From the NCBI GenBank assembly GCA_016699955.1, contig CP064993.1:360001-392000 (forward strand): 32,000 nt of DNA, written 5' to 3'. This document shows, one piece after another, positions 15,748-25,900 of the stretch. The notes under the pieces are model-generated. The model saw only the letters and a program-made list of their open reading frames with translations. It made no database searches and was not told the origin of the DNA. Source of the stretch: Candidatus Saccharimonadota bacterium (lineage in GTDB: Bacteria; Patescibacteriota; Saccharimonadia; Saccharimonadales; UBA4665). The first letter of the stretch is position 1, and each line of letters opens with the position of its first letter. Position numbers and translations under genes: made by a program.

Positions 15748-17148
15748 GTGGCAACCATAGTAGATTGTGACCGGCTTTGGCAAACAGTGCTCGGCGACAT
15801 AGAGATATCTCTTTCGCGCGCTAACTATATGACGTGGTTTAAAAATACCCATCTTCTTTCTGTAGACGAGGGGCATGCAGTGGTTGGCGTGCAGAATGTT
15901 TTCGTTAAACAGCAGCTTGAAAAAAAATATCGGGAGTTTATAACTGAAACATTACAAAAAACCGATGCTGGTACTGTGACGGTAGATTTTAAGATTCACA
16001 CAAGCTCTGCCCGTAAAGACACGCTAGACGAGCCAGTTGTGCTCGGAGACGCCCGCGCGGCGCAAGTTTCGCACCAGCAGACACCCACGGCGCGCAATTT
16101 TCGCCCCGGTAGCTCCCTGGCTCACCCATACCGTCAAGGAGTCAATGAAAAGTATACTTTTGAAAACTTTATTGTTGGGTCTGGCAACGAACTTGCCTAT
16201 GCTGCCTGTCAGGCGGTCGCCACCGACCCCGGCAACAAGTACAACCCGCTTTTTTTGTATGGCGGAGCTGGTATAGGAAAAACTCACCTTATACAGGCCG
16301 TTGGTAACGCGGTGCTCGACCGCCGACCCGGTTCTCATGTCGTGTATGTGTCAAGTGAGCAGTTCGTTCAGGAGTTTGTTGACGCGCTTCGTTTCAAAAA
16401 AAACACAGATTTTGCGGATTATTACCGCGGGGCTGATGTACTAATTGTTGACGATGTGCAGTTTTTGGCTGGCAAAGAGAAAATTCAGGAGGAGTTTTTC
16501 CATACCTTTAACGCTCTTCACCAAGCAAATAAACAAATCATTATTAGTAGTGACAAGCCACCGCGCGAAATCCCAACCTTAGAAGAACGCCTCCGTAGTC
16601 GGTTTGTTTGGGGTATGAGTATAGATATGCAAAACCCCGACTTCGAAACCCGTTGCGCCATTATCCAGTCAAAAGCTGAAGATAAAGACACTACCCTGCC
16701 TCATGATGTCGTTGAGTTTCTGTCCAGCCAGTTCCAAACAAACATCCGCGAGCTCGAGGGTGCGCTCAACCAGGTTTTGGCTTTTTGTGAAATGCGCGGT
16801 CTTGCACCAAACCTAGCGATTGTCACCGGGCTACTCGGTTCGTCAAAGGGACGGCCAAAACATCTCAGTGCTCGCCAAATTGTTGAGCGCTGTGCAAAGT
16901 ATTACCAGATTTCACTCGACGATATTTTGAGCCCTAAGCGAGACAAGGATATTGTTGTCCCTAGACAGGTCGCAATGTATTTACTTCGGAGTGAGCTACA
17001 CCTTAGTTTTCCTAAAATTGCTCATGAGCTCGGCCGCAAAGACCACACTACTGCCATTCATTCGGTCGATAAAATCAGGAAAGAAACCGACCTTGACCCC
17101 GCTATGAGAACTATTATTGCGGATATTAAGGAGCATTTATATGCATAA
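15748..17148 (+). CDS. dnaA: Chromosomal replication initiator protein DnaA
   Basis: AAA+ Walker A is GGAGIGKTHL and Walker B is LIVDDVQFL. Also has RSRFVWGMSIDMQNPDFETR and the C-terminal DNA-binding HTTAIHSVDKI. I prefer the GTG at 15748 (GGAG 6 nt upstream); the track's TTG at 15736 is an alternative. Confidence 0.95.
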   Translation: MATIVDCDRLWQTVLGDIEISLSRANYMTWFKNTHLLSVDEGHAVVGVQNVFVKQQLEKKYREFITETLQKTDAGTVTVDFKIHTSSARKDTLDEPVVLGDARAAQVSHQQTPTARNFRPGSSLAHPYRQGVNEKYTFENFIVGSGNELAYAACQAVATDPGNKYNPLFLYGGAGIGKTHLIQAVGNAVLDRRPGSHVVYVSSEQFVQEFVDALRFKKNTDFADYYRGADVLIVDDVQFLAGKEKIQEEFFHTFNALHQANKQIIISSDKPPREIPTLEERLRSRFVWGMSIDMQNPDFETRCAIIQSKAEDKDTTLPHDVVEFLSSQFQTNIRELEGALNQVLAFCEMRGLAPNLAIVTGLLGSSKGRPKHLSARQIVERCAKYYQISLDDILSPKRDKDIVVPRQVAMYLLRSELHLSFPKIAHELGRKDHTTAIHSVDKIRKETDLDPAMRTIIADIKEHLYA

Positions 17149-17433
17149 TGTAAGCCGGGTGTTGTGGAGTAATGGGGGTTTGTTTGTGGAAAAAGGATGG
17201 GTTTTTGTTGGCTTTTTCCACCACTCACGATGTTTTGTTTTGGGGGTTGGGGACTTCTTACGTGTTTATACTCCTAGTGCCCCCTGCCGTGTGCACTGTG
17301 TTATCCCCCTCATTTTTTCGTATTTTCTCTCTGTTACGAGCGCGTTATCCCCTTCTTCCACAGGGCCTATAATAAGGGCTATTATTGGTAAAAATGAAAT
17401 TATTTATAATCAACTAAGTGGAAGGGTGTATTG
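17149..17433. other. oriC part 2 (dnaA-dnaN spacer): DnaA-box-like sites plus AT-rich candidate unwinding element
   Basis: Inverted pair GTGGAAAAAG (17186-17195) and CTTTTTCCAC (17212-17221). TTATCCCCC at 17301-17309 and TTATCCCCT at 17345-17353. AT-rich stretch ctataataagggctattattggtaaaaatgaaattatttataat at about 17367-17410. Confidence 0.6.
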
Positions 17434-18525
17434 ATGAAGCTAAAAGTAACCCAAGAAAACCTATCGAAAGCACTCGGGCACGTTTCACGTGTTGCCAATA
17501 CTAGAGGGACATTACCAATTCTCGCAAATGTACTCATAGCAGTAGAAGATAATCGTCTAAAACTTTCAACAACCAATCTCGACATAGCAATCTCCAGTAC
17601 AATTGGGGCTCAAATACAAACCGAAGGAACTACAACAGTTCCTGCTCGGCTTTTTCAAGAACTTGTCTCGGGTTTACCAAATGGTGTGATTGAACTGGAA
17701 TTAGATGAGCAGAGACTGAAAATTTCAGCAGAACACTACAAGTCAGTTATAAATGGTGTTAGCTCCGAAGAGTTCCCGGTAATGCCAGCGATAGATAAAG
17801 GAAAAACCTGGAGTGTCCCTGCCCCGCTCATGAAAGCAGCGCTCCAACAGGTGCTTTTTGCAGCGTCCAACGACGAAAGCCGGCCGGTGCTAACAGGAGT
17901 TGCTGTGCAGACTTTAGAGGGTGTTCTGTACCTTGCAACAACGGACAGCTATCGTCTTGCGGAAAAACGGCTCAGTACTATTAAAGAGGACGTCAATCTT
18001 CTTATACCGGCTTCTGCGCTGCATGACGTACTTCGGATTATTACAGATCAAGACGAAGACATTACCGTCACCTGCGACGAGCAACAAGTTTTGTTTAAAG
18101 TTGGTGACGTGGAACTGGTAGCAAGGCTAATAGAAGGTAATTATCCCGACTACCGCAAACTTATTCCCTCGACATTCTCCACAACCGCGCTCATTCCGCG
18201 CGCAGAACTGGTGAATATTGTAAAAGTGACAAGTTTGTTTGCGCGCGAAAGTGCCGGAAGTGTTGTTATGAGTGTTGACGAGGCAAGTCAAAGTGTGTGG
18301 ATTCGTGCCGTTGCTTCACAACTTGGTGAAAATAACGCCACAACATCGGTGAAGGCAGAAGGGTCTGGCTCAATCACACTCAATTCAAGGTACCTTCTTG
18401 AGGCGCTGCAAGCCATGACCGGAAAAGATGTGCAAATTGGTTTTAATGGTAAGGTTGAAGCGGTACTTCTTTCAGATCCTAGCCAAGAAGATTATAAACA
18501 CATTATCATGCCCCTGAAGAGCTAG
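17434..18525 (+). CDS. dnaN: DNA polymerase III beta sliding clamp
   Basis: MKLKVTQENLSKAL...TLPILANVLI, RPVLTGV and TDSYRLA motifs, and the C-terminal IIMPLK. A GAAGGG SD lies 7 nt upstream of the ATG at 17434. Confidence 0.93.
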   Translation: MKLKVTQENLSKALGHVSRVANTRGTLPILANVLIAVEDNRLKLSTTNLDIAISSTIGAQIQTEGTTTVPARLFQELVSGLPNGVIELELDEQRLKISAEHYKSVINGVSSEEFPVMPAIDKGKTWSVPAPLMKAALQQVLFAASNDESRPVLTGVAVQTLEGVLYLATTDSYRLAEKRLSTIKEDVNLLIPASALHDVLRIITDQDEDITVTCDEQQVLFKVGDVELVARLIEGNYPDYRKLIPSTFSTTALIPRAELVNIVKVTSLFARESAGSVVMSVDEASQSVWIRAVASQLGENNATTSVKAEGSGSITLNSRYLLEALQAMTGKDVQIGFNGKVEAVLLSDPSQEDYKHIIMPLKS

Positions 18526-18537
18526 ACGTAAGTCCAG

Positions 18538-18543
18538 TATACT
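18538..18543 (+). promoter_or_regulatory. -10-like TATACT 6 nt upstream of the recF ATG (candidate leaderless promoter)
   Basis: TATACT at 18538-18543 and ATG at 18550, with no SD. Confidence 0.35.
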
Positions 18544-18549
18544 AACCGT

Positions 18550-19614
18550 ATGATTTCGAGCATACGCCTGCAACAATTTCGGTCCTACCTAGACACAAAA
18601 TTTGAATTTGGTGACGGGGTAAATGTTATTGTTGGGTCAAATGGCAGCGGCAAAACCAACCTACTTGAGGCGGTGCTTGTCGCTGCGCGCGGTGGCTCTT
18701 ACCGCGTAGCAGACGCCGATCTAATCCATTTTGGAAAAGAATGGGCAAGGCTCGATGCCTTGTTTGACGCATCTCACAACCGAACTATAAAACTAACGCC
18801 ACATGGTCTTACAAAAAAAACATACACCATTGACGACAAACAATACACTAGGCTGGCCGACAACAAAAAACACCCAGTCGTACTTTTCGAACCAAATCAC
18901 CTCCTCTTACTACAAGGGGCACCAGAGAACCGCCGCAACTATCTTGATGATATTCTCGAGCAAACCACACCAGGCTATACTAGTTTTCGGAAAAACTACA
19001 AACGGGTGCTCGCTCAACGAAATGCGCTGCTGAAACATAGAAACGCATTTGCCCACGACTACTTTCCATGGAACCTACGCCTCAGCGAACTCGGCGCTGT
19101 TATTCACCGCGCCCGCAGCGAACTTACCGCGGAGCTTCATACACAAATAGACCAACTTTACGGCGAACTATCGAAAGATAAGAAGCGAGTAACAGTGGAG
19201 TATAGTGGTCAGTTTGCCGCCGGAACTTATGAATCACAACTGCTACATGCGCTAGAGTCCAATATATCAAGAGAGATAGACAGAGGGTTTACAACTCACG
19301 GGCCGCACCGAGAAGATTTCAAGGTTTTGTTTGATGGTGTCCCGTCCACCCTTACAGCCTCACGCGGCGAAGTTCGTAGCGCCACACTTGCCCTCAAAAT
19401 ACTTGAACTACAGGTACTGGAACGCGTTAACGGTGTGAAGCCACTCCTTCTCCTCGATGACGTGTTTAGTGAGCTAGACGTTACTCGCCGAAGCGCCCTA
19501 ACAACACACCTCCAACACTACCAGACGCTCCTAACGACAACCGAAGCAGACATAGTTAAGGATGACGTTAAAAAGTACACTGTAATCTCACTTGAGGGGG
19601 CTAGAAAGCGTTAA
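18550..19614 (+). CDS. recF: DNA replication and repair protein RecF
   Basis: IRLQQFRSY, Walker A GSNGSGKTNLLEA, the signature-like SRGEVRSATLALK and Walker B LLLLDDVFSELD. The dnaA-dnaN-recF synteny is present. Confidence 0.92.
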   Translation: MISSIRLQQFRSYLDTKFEFGDGVNVIVGSNGSGKTNLLEAVLVAARGGSYRVADADLIHFGKEWARLDALFDASHNRTIKLTPHGLTKKTYTIDDKQYTRLADNKKHPVVLFEPNHLLLLQGAPENRRNYLDDILEQTTPGYTSFRKNYKRVLAQRNALLKHRNAFAHDYFPWNLRLSELGAVIHRARSELTAELHTQIDQLYGELSKDKKRVTVEYSGQFAAGTYESQLLHALESNISREIDRGFTTHGPHREDFKVLFDGVPSTLTASRGEVRSATLALKILELQVLERVNGVKPLLLLDDVFSELDVTRRSALTTHLQHYQTLLTTTEADIVKDDVKKYTVISLEGARKR

Positions 19615-20233
19615 CTGCGTCTAATACATCGGCAGGTACATCACTAGTTGAAAACACCGAATACACAAGGCGAGGCGTACCAACTCTTACCCAGCCGGCC
19701 TCAGTCTTATTCAATAATACCCGCAAGGTATCACTATTTTGGTTGAGAGGGTCAACATGAGTGAGCTTGGAGATATACCAATTCCCACGCATTAGTAATG
19801 TCCCCTCTGCTAAACTATATGAACTTTGGTTTTGTAGTTCGCTAAAGACCGCCGACTGAATTTCACCCCACTGCTCACCAATCAGCGACTTTATTTTATC
19901 GCGTGAGTATTCAGGGGTAATCGTTACACTCTGCGAATCCGCATACTTAAAGCCATCCGCATAGCCGGAAGCTCCAGAGTAAACAACTAAAACGGATGAA
20001 ATTGCTTTTGGTATACGAACAGTTTCACCGCTTTTTGCAAGTTTTTTTAGTAGCACATCTTTACCGCCAGCTTCCCTCCCAGAAACGTCGTAAATAGAGA
20101 GCGCAGAGACGTTTTGGTATATCACTGTCAGCGGACGACTATTAAGGTAGTTCCTAACAAATATAGTCAGAACTGTTAGTAAAATGAGAAATATCCCTAA
20201 GAAAAACATTGTCCGTAAGCGTAAGGGCTTCAC
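19601..20233 (-). CDS. N-terminally anchored 210-aa protein, last gene of the T4SS-like block (size and topology compatible with a VirB8/PrgL-like component; unproven)
   Basis: Single TM helix MFFLGIFLILLTVLTIFV followed by a ~170-aa ectodomain. It overlaps the upstream gene by 4 bp. No motif was recognised. Confidence 0.5.
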   Translation of the reverse strand: MKPLRLRTMFFLGIFLILLTVLTIFVRNYLNSRPLTVIYQNVSALSIYDVSGREAGGKDVLLKKLAKSGETVRIPKAISSVLVVYSGASGYADGFKYADSQSVTITPEYSRDKIKSLIGEQWGEIQSAVFSELQNQSSYSLAEGTLLMRGNWYISKLTHVDPLNQNSDTLRVLLNKTEAGWVRVGTPRLVYSVFSTSDVPADVLDAVNAF

Positions 20234-20877
20234 AAATTTTCTCCTGTTAACGGATTAGTAAAATCATCAAAACGTATGTCAAGCTGCGCGAGAGAGTAAC
20301 CATTATCAACGATCCATTGCAGCGCTTTCTGGCGACCCGTCGGGGTACTGTTACCTATGAGAAGGAATATTTTGTCAGAACCAGCGCCAACATAGCCATA
20401 ATCAATAGTGTATGGGCCAGATATATCGTAATGAGGCAGCAGTTCAATGATGGGATTTTTTGCGTGGAATGAAGCGCCTCTATTCTCAGCATTCAAGCCG
20501 CCTATCTCTTCGCGCTTAGCATTAATTCCTTCAGAATTTGACCAGGTGATAGCTTCTGGTGACTCGGGGGCGGGCAGTAGACCAATATACGTTCGGGAGG
20601 CGGAGATAGTTGTTTTTTGTGTGTCATCTGCAAAGCCAGCCTTTTTTGCAGAAAACTCGTATTCCCCGGGCGCCAGATACTGCACACCGGCAGATATTAC
20701 CTTGCCATTAAGATAAACAGTAGCATCATCTGGCGAAACGGCAACCGTTACACGAATTTTCCCCTGGCGTGAAGTGCTTGAATACAGGTTTAGCCCAATA
20801 AGTATCACAAGTAGTACGGCAAAAAATACACTGAGCGCAACAAGCCTTCGTTTGAATAGGCGCGAGTTGTCCTGCAT
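20230..20877 (-). CDS. N-terminally anchored PEGA-domain-like protein
   Basis: TM helix LVALSVFFAVLLVILIGLNL, then IRVTVAVSPDDATVYLNGKVISAGVQYLAPGEYEFSAKKAGF, which resembles a PEGA beta-sandwich. AGGAGG SD upstream. Confidence 0.5.
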   Translation of the reverse strand: MQDNSRLFKRRLVALSVFFAVLLVILIGLNLYSSTSRQGKIRVTVAVSPDDATVYLNGKVISAGVQYLAPGEYEFSAKKAGFADDTQKTTISASRTYIGLLPAPESPEAITWSNSEGINAKREEIGGLNAENRGASFHAKNPIIELLPHYDISGPYTIDYGYVGAGSDKIFLLIGNSTPTGRQKALQWIVDNGYSLAQLDIRFDDFTNPLTGENL

Positions 20878-20892
20878 AATAATTTCTCCTCC

Positions 20893-22959
20893 TTATACAC
20901 CTAAATCTGTTTTAACAACGAACCACAAGAAATCTGGGTCGGCAACGCCCTCTAGGCCAGCCATGGGTGCTCTTGAACACTGTGACGCAGAAGCAATCTT
21001 AGAATAAAAGCCTGCATGTTCTCCAATGTACAAGTAGGTATGACCACTTCTGAGTGCAATGGCATAAGAATATTTTGCAAGGTCCTGGGTGGTTTTTGGT
21101 TTGATTTCCTCGTACATGTCCGGGTTTTCTCGGACGTAAGCCAGCTGACCGTCGGTATTCCTCGCTCCGTTCTTAGCTTCACCATATTTCGGGTCTACCC
21201 CACTATCCTGCATAACTCTTGTCGTAAAGCCGCCACAATCAACTCCACCTCCGTAGCAAGTATCACCCGTGTACTTGCCGTTGGTTTTTGCCGTTCGAAT
21301 TGCTTGCTCGTACGATGGTTTTTTTTCTGTGGGGTTTTCTGTCGCTTTTCGGTACTTAGGCCAGGCATAGTTTATCGCTACTTGGGCGACGCTACCCGAG
21401 CCGGTTGTTCCGCAGCCGGCTTGACTGGTTGCAGAAGTCGTCTGAGCCGATGCGGTAGGAGAAAAGAAAGAATTAACCCTTCCCCATAGGGGGGTTGTCC
21501 CCGCCCGCGCCTGAATGGGTTTTTCTCCTGATCCGACAGGTACGGCAGTCATTATGCCTTGTGCTATGCCTCGGGCGTAGACGTCTTGTTTGAATCCGGT
21601 CCGCCCAGTTTCGTTGTATACCCAAGGTACCTTGGAAAAAAGCTGCACAATCGATATATTACCCGCAGAAAGACCGGAACGCCCATCAAAGTTTAGGTCT
21701 TTCTCAATTGTGCCCGCTTCGCCAGCAGTTTTTCTAGCCTGTATCATTTTGTTGCTGTATTCTTGGCTTTTCGCGGCTACTGCCGAGTCTGAAAAGGTGG
21801 TTTTTATACCCTCATCATTTTGGCGGTAAGCGCCAACTTTCTGCGGGCTTACCCAGGATTTTTCTTTGTCACCAAACCTGCCGGTGTCTGTGTGGATACT
21901 CACTGCTATTGCTGCATTTGCATTATTTGCAATAGTAGCGCGTTCCTTAAGACTAATTGCCTCGTCTTCGGTTTCTTTAGTTACTATTACCCTATACCCC
22001 TCTGATTCAAGGATTGTCTTGGTCTGAAGTGCTACCTCCCAGACCTGCTTCCGTTCTTCAGGGTTTGTGGTTTCGCCTATATACAAGCCAGTTTCTGAAT
22101 CTTTTAAGCCAGCATCCCTCGTAGAAGCACCGGAATGACCCGGGTCAAGCACTACGACGGGTGCGTTGGAGGCGTTGCCCACTGAGCAAGAACAACCCGA
22201 AGAAGCATTTACATATGTTGCGCCAGTTTGCTGGTATTTGAGGGCTATCTCCGCTGCCTTTACGCGGGAGTCATAGGCTTTCTCTCCCGCACCCTCCATT
22301 GATAATTCGTAGTATACAACCGCCTCTCGTAAGTCGGTTTGGGTGAAACCAGCCAGCATATTTTTTTTACTGGTGGGGCTATCGTAGTTCATGTGCCACC
22401 AGACAAGATCGAGCTGAGTGGATAATTCGGAAATTGGGCCGGTAATATTTGCTTTCTGGGCTATGCCAATTACTTTACTCGCCGGAGTCCATTGTATAAG
22501 ACCCCACCCACCCTGATCACCCTTGGCATTGAAGCTAACTTGGGTGGGGTCGGTTGTTCTATCGGGAGTGAAGCCAGTTTGCGTATTAAGTGGATCACCG
22601 CCTGATTCATGAGCGATGTTACCGATAATCGCTGCAGCCTGTATTCTGCTTAGTGGCGTTCCGTCTGGAAGCTTTTTTGACAAGAAGTAGTTGTATGCGT
22701 TTACAAGATTTTCGTGGTTATTTGCTGATGTCGCCACATTGGAAGTAGGTTGGCTGCAGGTGGGTACCTCGGTAGGGTTATACCAACAAGTGTTGTAATA
22801 CATACAATTAAAATCATCTGTTGTATACGCGAGCACTGGTTTACCCTGCGAAGTGACTAAAACAATAATCCCACAAAGGACGTAGGATATTCGTCTGACA
22901 GTCAGCCAGAAAAGTGAGGTGTTATGCTGTGCGCGTGGGCGAAGTAGGGATAGTTTCAT
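20893..22959 (-). CDS. Secreted three-domain peptidoglycan hydrolase: lysozyme-like (phage-tail-lysozyme type) + N-acetylmuramoyl-L-alanine amidase (Amidase_3-like) + NlpC/P60- or CHAP-like peptidase
   Basis: AAIIGNIAHESGGDP...GGWGLIQWT for the lysozyme-like domain. VVVLDPGHSGAS...AIAVSIHTD for the amidase. VDCGGFTTRVMQDSG...SGHTYLYIGE for the Cys/His peptidase. I prefer the start at MKLSLL (ATG 22959), which overlaps the upstream TAA as TAATG. Confidence 0.75.
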   Translation of the reverse strand: MKLSLLRPRAQHNTSLFWLTVRRISYVLCGIIVLVTSQGKPVLAYTTDDFNCMYYNTCWYNPTEVPTCSQPTSNVATSANNHENLVNAYNYFLSKKLPDGTPLSRIQAAAIIGNIAHESGGDPLNTQTGFTPDRTTDPTQVSFNAKGDQGGWGLIQWTPASKVIGIAQKANITGPISELSTQLDLVWWHMNYDSPTSKKNMLAGFTQTDLREAVVYYELSMEGAGEKAYDSRVKAAEIALKYQQTGATYVNASSGCSCSVGNASNAPVVVLDPGHSGASTRDAGLKDSETGLYIGETTNPEERKQVWEVALQTKTILESEGYRVIVTKETEDEAISLKERATIANNANAAIAVSIHTDTGRFGDKEKSWVSPQKVGAYRQNDEGIKTTFSDSAVAAKSQEYSNKMIQARKTAGEAGTIEKDLNFDGRSGLSAGNISIVQLFSKVPWVYNETGRTGFKQDVYARGIAQGIMTAVPVGSGEKPIQARAGTTPLWGRVNSFFSPTASAQTTSATSQAGCGTTGSGSVAQVAINYAWPKYRKATENPTEKKPSYEQAIRTAKTNGKYTGDTCYGGGVDCGGFTTRVMQDSGVDPKYGEAKNGARNTDGQLAYVRENPDMYEEIKPKTTQDLAKYSYAIALRSGHTYLYIGEHAGFYSKIASASQCSRAPMAGLEGVADPDFLWFVVKTDLGV

Positions 22960-25900
22960 TATGGTGTTCTCCCGAGTGAATAGTGCCAGTGATTGCCTGG
23001 TCCGCCGCAAGACTCACCAAGAAAGCGAACAACATTGTATTTTTGCCCAATACTGTCGCCAAGTTGGACATTGGCCGGACAACCAAAGTCGACAGCTTGA
23101 CCTCGGCCATGTTGGCTGCCCGCGCTGTGACACTGGCCGAAGAGAGAGTTGATTTTGTAGTGGTACTGGTTACCATAATCAACGAGAAATTTAAGCAGAG
23201 AAGGATGGGGGGTAATTGTCGCCGGCATTTGGTAAGCGCAGCGCGTCGTAATACCCACCGGTTTGCCAGCCGCCATGTCTTCGAGTTGCTGGCTGGCCAG
23301 TGACCTAGTAGCGCTGTCAGCTGCTTTGTTGGAAGAATAGTCAGCTATTGTTATTTTCCCTGAGTCCCGAAGTGCCAAAATTTGTTTAGCAAGGGCGGCA
23401 ACGTCAGCCGTGCCCACGGGCGCTCCCAGATCTGAACCGGTGGGTGAGTTTGAGCCGACCGGGGCTACACCTGTTGTTACTTTGGAAAGATCCTCGAGGT
23501 GGGCGAAACTGTTTTCATAACGTCCATCAAGCCGCCAGCGGAATACTAGATCGCCAAATCCCTGAGTATTGTTTCTACCGAGATTGGATGGTGAACAGGG
23601 TAATTCTGGGTTGTCTACCACATCCCCACGGTCATCCCTTTCGATCATTCGTTGACTAAAGAGCTCTCCAAGGCTGCTAGTGAAGCATTTGCCATAGTTG
23701 GCCGCTATATCATCCGAGCGACCGCTGAGTCGTAGGTACTCTTTGTTGATAGCCATCCCATATTTGTCTTGATTATTTATGATTAACGCTTCTTCTTGCT
23801 CTGTCCAGCCAAACTGAGTGTTCCCGTAGTAGCTATCTGAACCTGCCGCCTGTGCTTTTACTGTCGGGCTGAGGTTGTTAATAAACGATCCGAAATACCG
23901 TAGTGGGTTAAGTATGGTCGTGCCAATATTGCTTATTGTCTGTAATAAGCCCGAATTTAGGCTAATCTTCATCCCTATTGCCATACGCGAAGCAAGTGAA
24001 CCGGCGTTTGTTAAGGCAAAATAACGTGTAAAGAAACTCAAGTTTTTTTGTTGGTCAGCAAGATATATGGCATCTGCTTGTTGACTAAGAACGATACTCT
24101 CGGGAGTAAGAGGAGCGCCAAACGTGATACTTCGTGATGCTTCGTTGCCCGCAATTATTCCGCCGGAGTCAACGTTATTAGCATTGTCAGTTCCCATTGA
24201 AAGCCCGCTTGTAAGCTGCCCAGCCCGGGTGTACGTGATCAATCGGGCAAGTTCCGTTAGCCCATACGTTCCCCCAATGATTGCGCCTTGTTTGACGGCG
24301 CCTACGCCTAGAGCCTTTGAGCCGATAACAAACCGTGCCATACGGGTAATTGAATTCGTCTCAACAGTAGAAAGACTATCTTTAGCAGTCTTCTTTATAA
24401 TCGACTTGGCGACCGCTGTTTCAAGCATACTCGTAAACTTAAGTTTGATGTAGCTGGTAATAAAACTTGTAACGCCTTTTTCTACCCCTTTCTCTAGTAG
24501 AACCTTGCCGCCGCCAGTAAAAATGTCAAGCAGAATGTTTCCAGCCGCCAAACCAACAACGGTGCGCATATCTGTTATGGCACTACACCCGCCCGAGACG
24601 AGTTTATTAACCGCATTGCCAGCTACTCCCCCGGGGGCAATGTTTAGGGCGTTAAGTATTGAATAGTCGTATGTACCCATTGCGTTCGCCTGCGCGCGCG
24701 GGCTATCGGAAGTATTTGGTGTTTTGCCAGCAGCTCTCTGCATGGCGTTTGAATTGCTGTAGTCACCAAATTGATCGTTCGTTGCGCCCACAGCTGTTGC
24801 CAGCGCAACAGGATCGCTGACATCAGATCTGCTACCGTGCATTTGTTGCGCGGAGACAGCCATAGTATCGTAAAAGGCCAGTTGTTGCTGATTTGACTGT
24901 TGGTCGATGGTTGAACCTGCTTTTTCCATGGAGCCGTCATAAATGATACAAAGAGGAAGAGCGATGGCAAATCCAGTGTTTATAAAGGATAGCGTGGTTC
25001 CTAGCGCACCTTCGCCGAGCGCGGCCCCCCCAGTAGCCTCAACATCCCGAATGATTTTGTCGGCCACACCATTTTTTTTGAGAGTATCATCCAGCAACTC
25101 ATCACTCGCAAGCACTGCTTTTTCTGCCTCAGATGCAGCAATAGCACCATCTTTTAGAACTGCGGTGGCGGGGGGTTCTGCAACGAATTGTGCGCCACTT
25201 ACCACGGCTGCTCTATCTCTTGCGGCTTTGAGCGCGGCACTATCTTTATCGAGACCACTGTAGCGTGACAGGATCCGGCCGGCCAAGTTGGCACCAATTC
25301 GACTCCGCAAGTTTTCCATTGCTTTTGCGCGTACTAGAAAGTTGACGTTAGTAAGCTTCATATCCTCTCGGACAGCGCGCAGAATGGTTGCTTGAATTTT
25401 AGCGTTTTCAACGTACCCCCCGAACCGTAAAGGGTCTTTCAGGTTTCCTTTAATATCCAAAACACCAGGCGGTTGCTTTATTCCATAAGTGTCGCTCCCG
25501 TACGCAATTTTTGTTAGCGTTGCGCCGTCACTTCCTCCGTAATAAAAATGAAGACCTTTTGTTTCGCCAATGTTTTCAAGAACCTTCTGTGGTCGCCACT
25601 TCTCAAAGCGGTCGATGGTTGGACCAAACCGCTTCTTTAAGGCCGTCTTTACTCGTCCATCTGCGGCTTGCACCGCCAAAGCTTCTTGAGTTGACAACAC
25701 GCTCGTGGTTGCTAGTTGACGGCTAAAGCGTGCGAAACTATATTTCATAACATTTTGCATGAAGTTCGGCAAACCAAGAGACGACAAGAAAAGCATGACA
25801 ATGACTATCACGGCAACAAGTCCTCCCACTGCCCCGCCAGCGCCAGCAATGAGCCATTTTTTAGAGCCTTTTTTTACCAGGCTGTTTGAACCTTTCAGTT

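Noticed and set aside
17117-17434. 105-aa and 66-aa ORFs filling the dnaA-dnaN spacer.
   Set aside because: G/T-rich, low-complexity translation. The region contains DnaA-box-like sites and an AT-rich element, so it is better explained as the second half of oriC.
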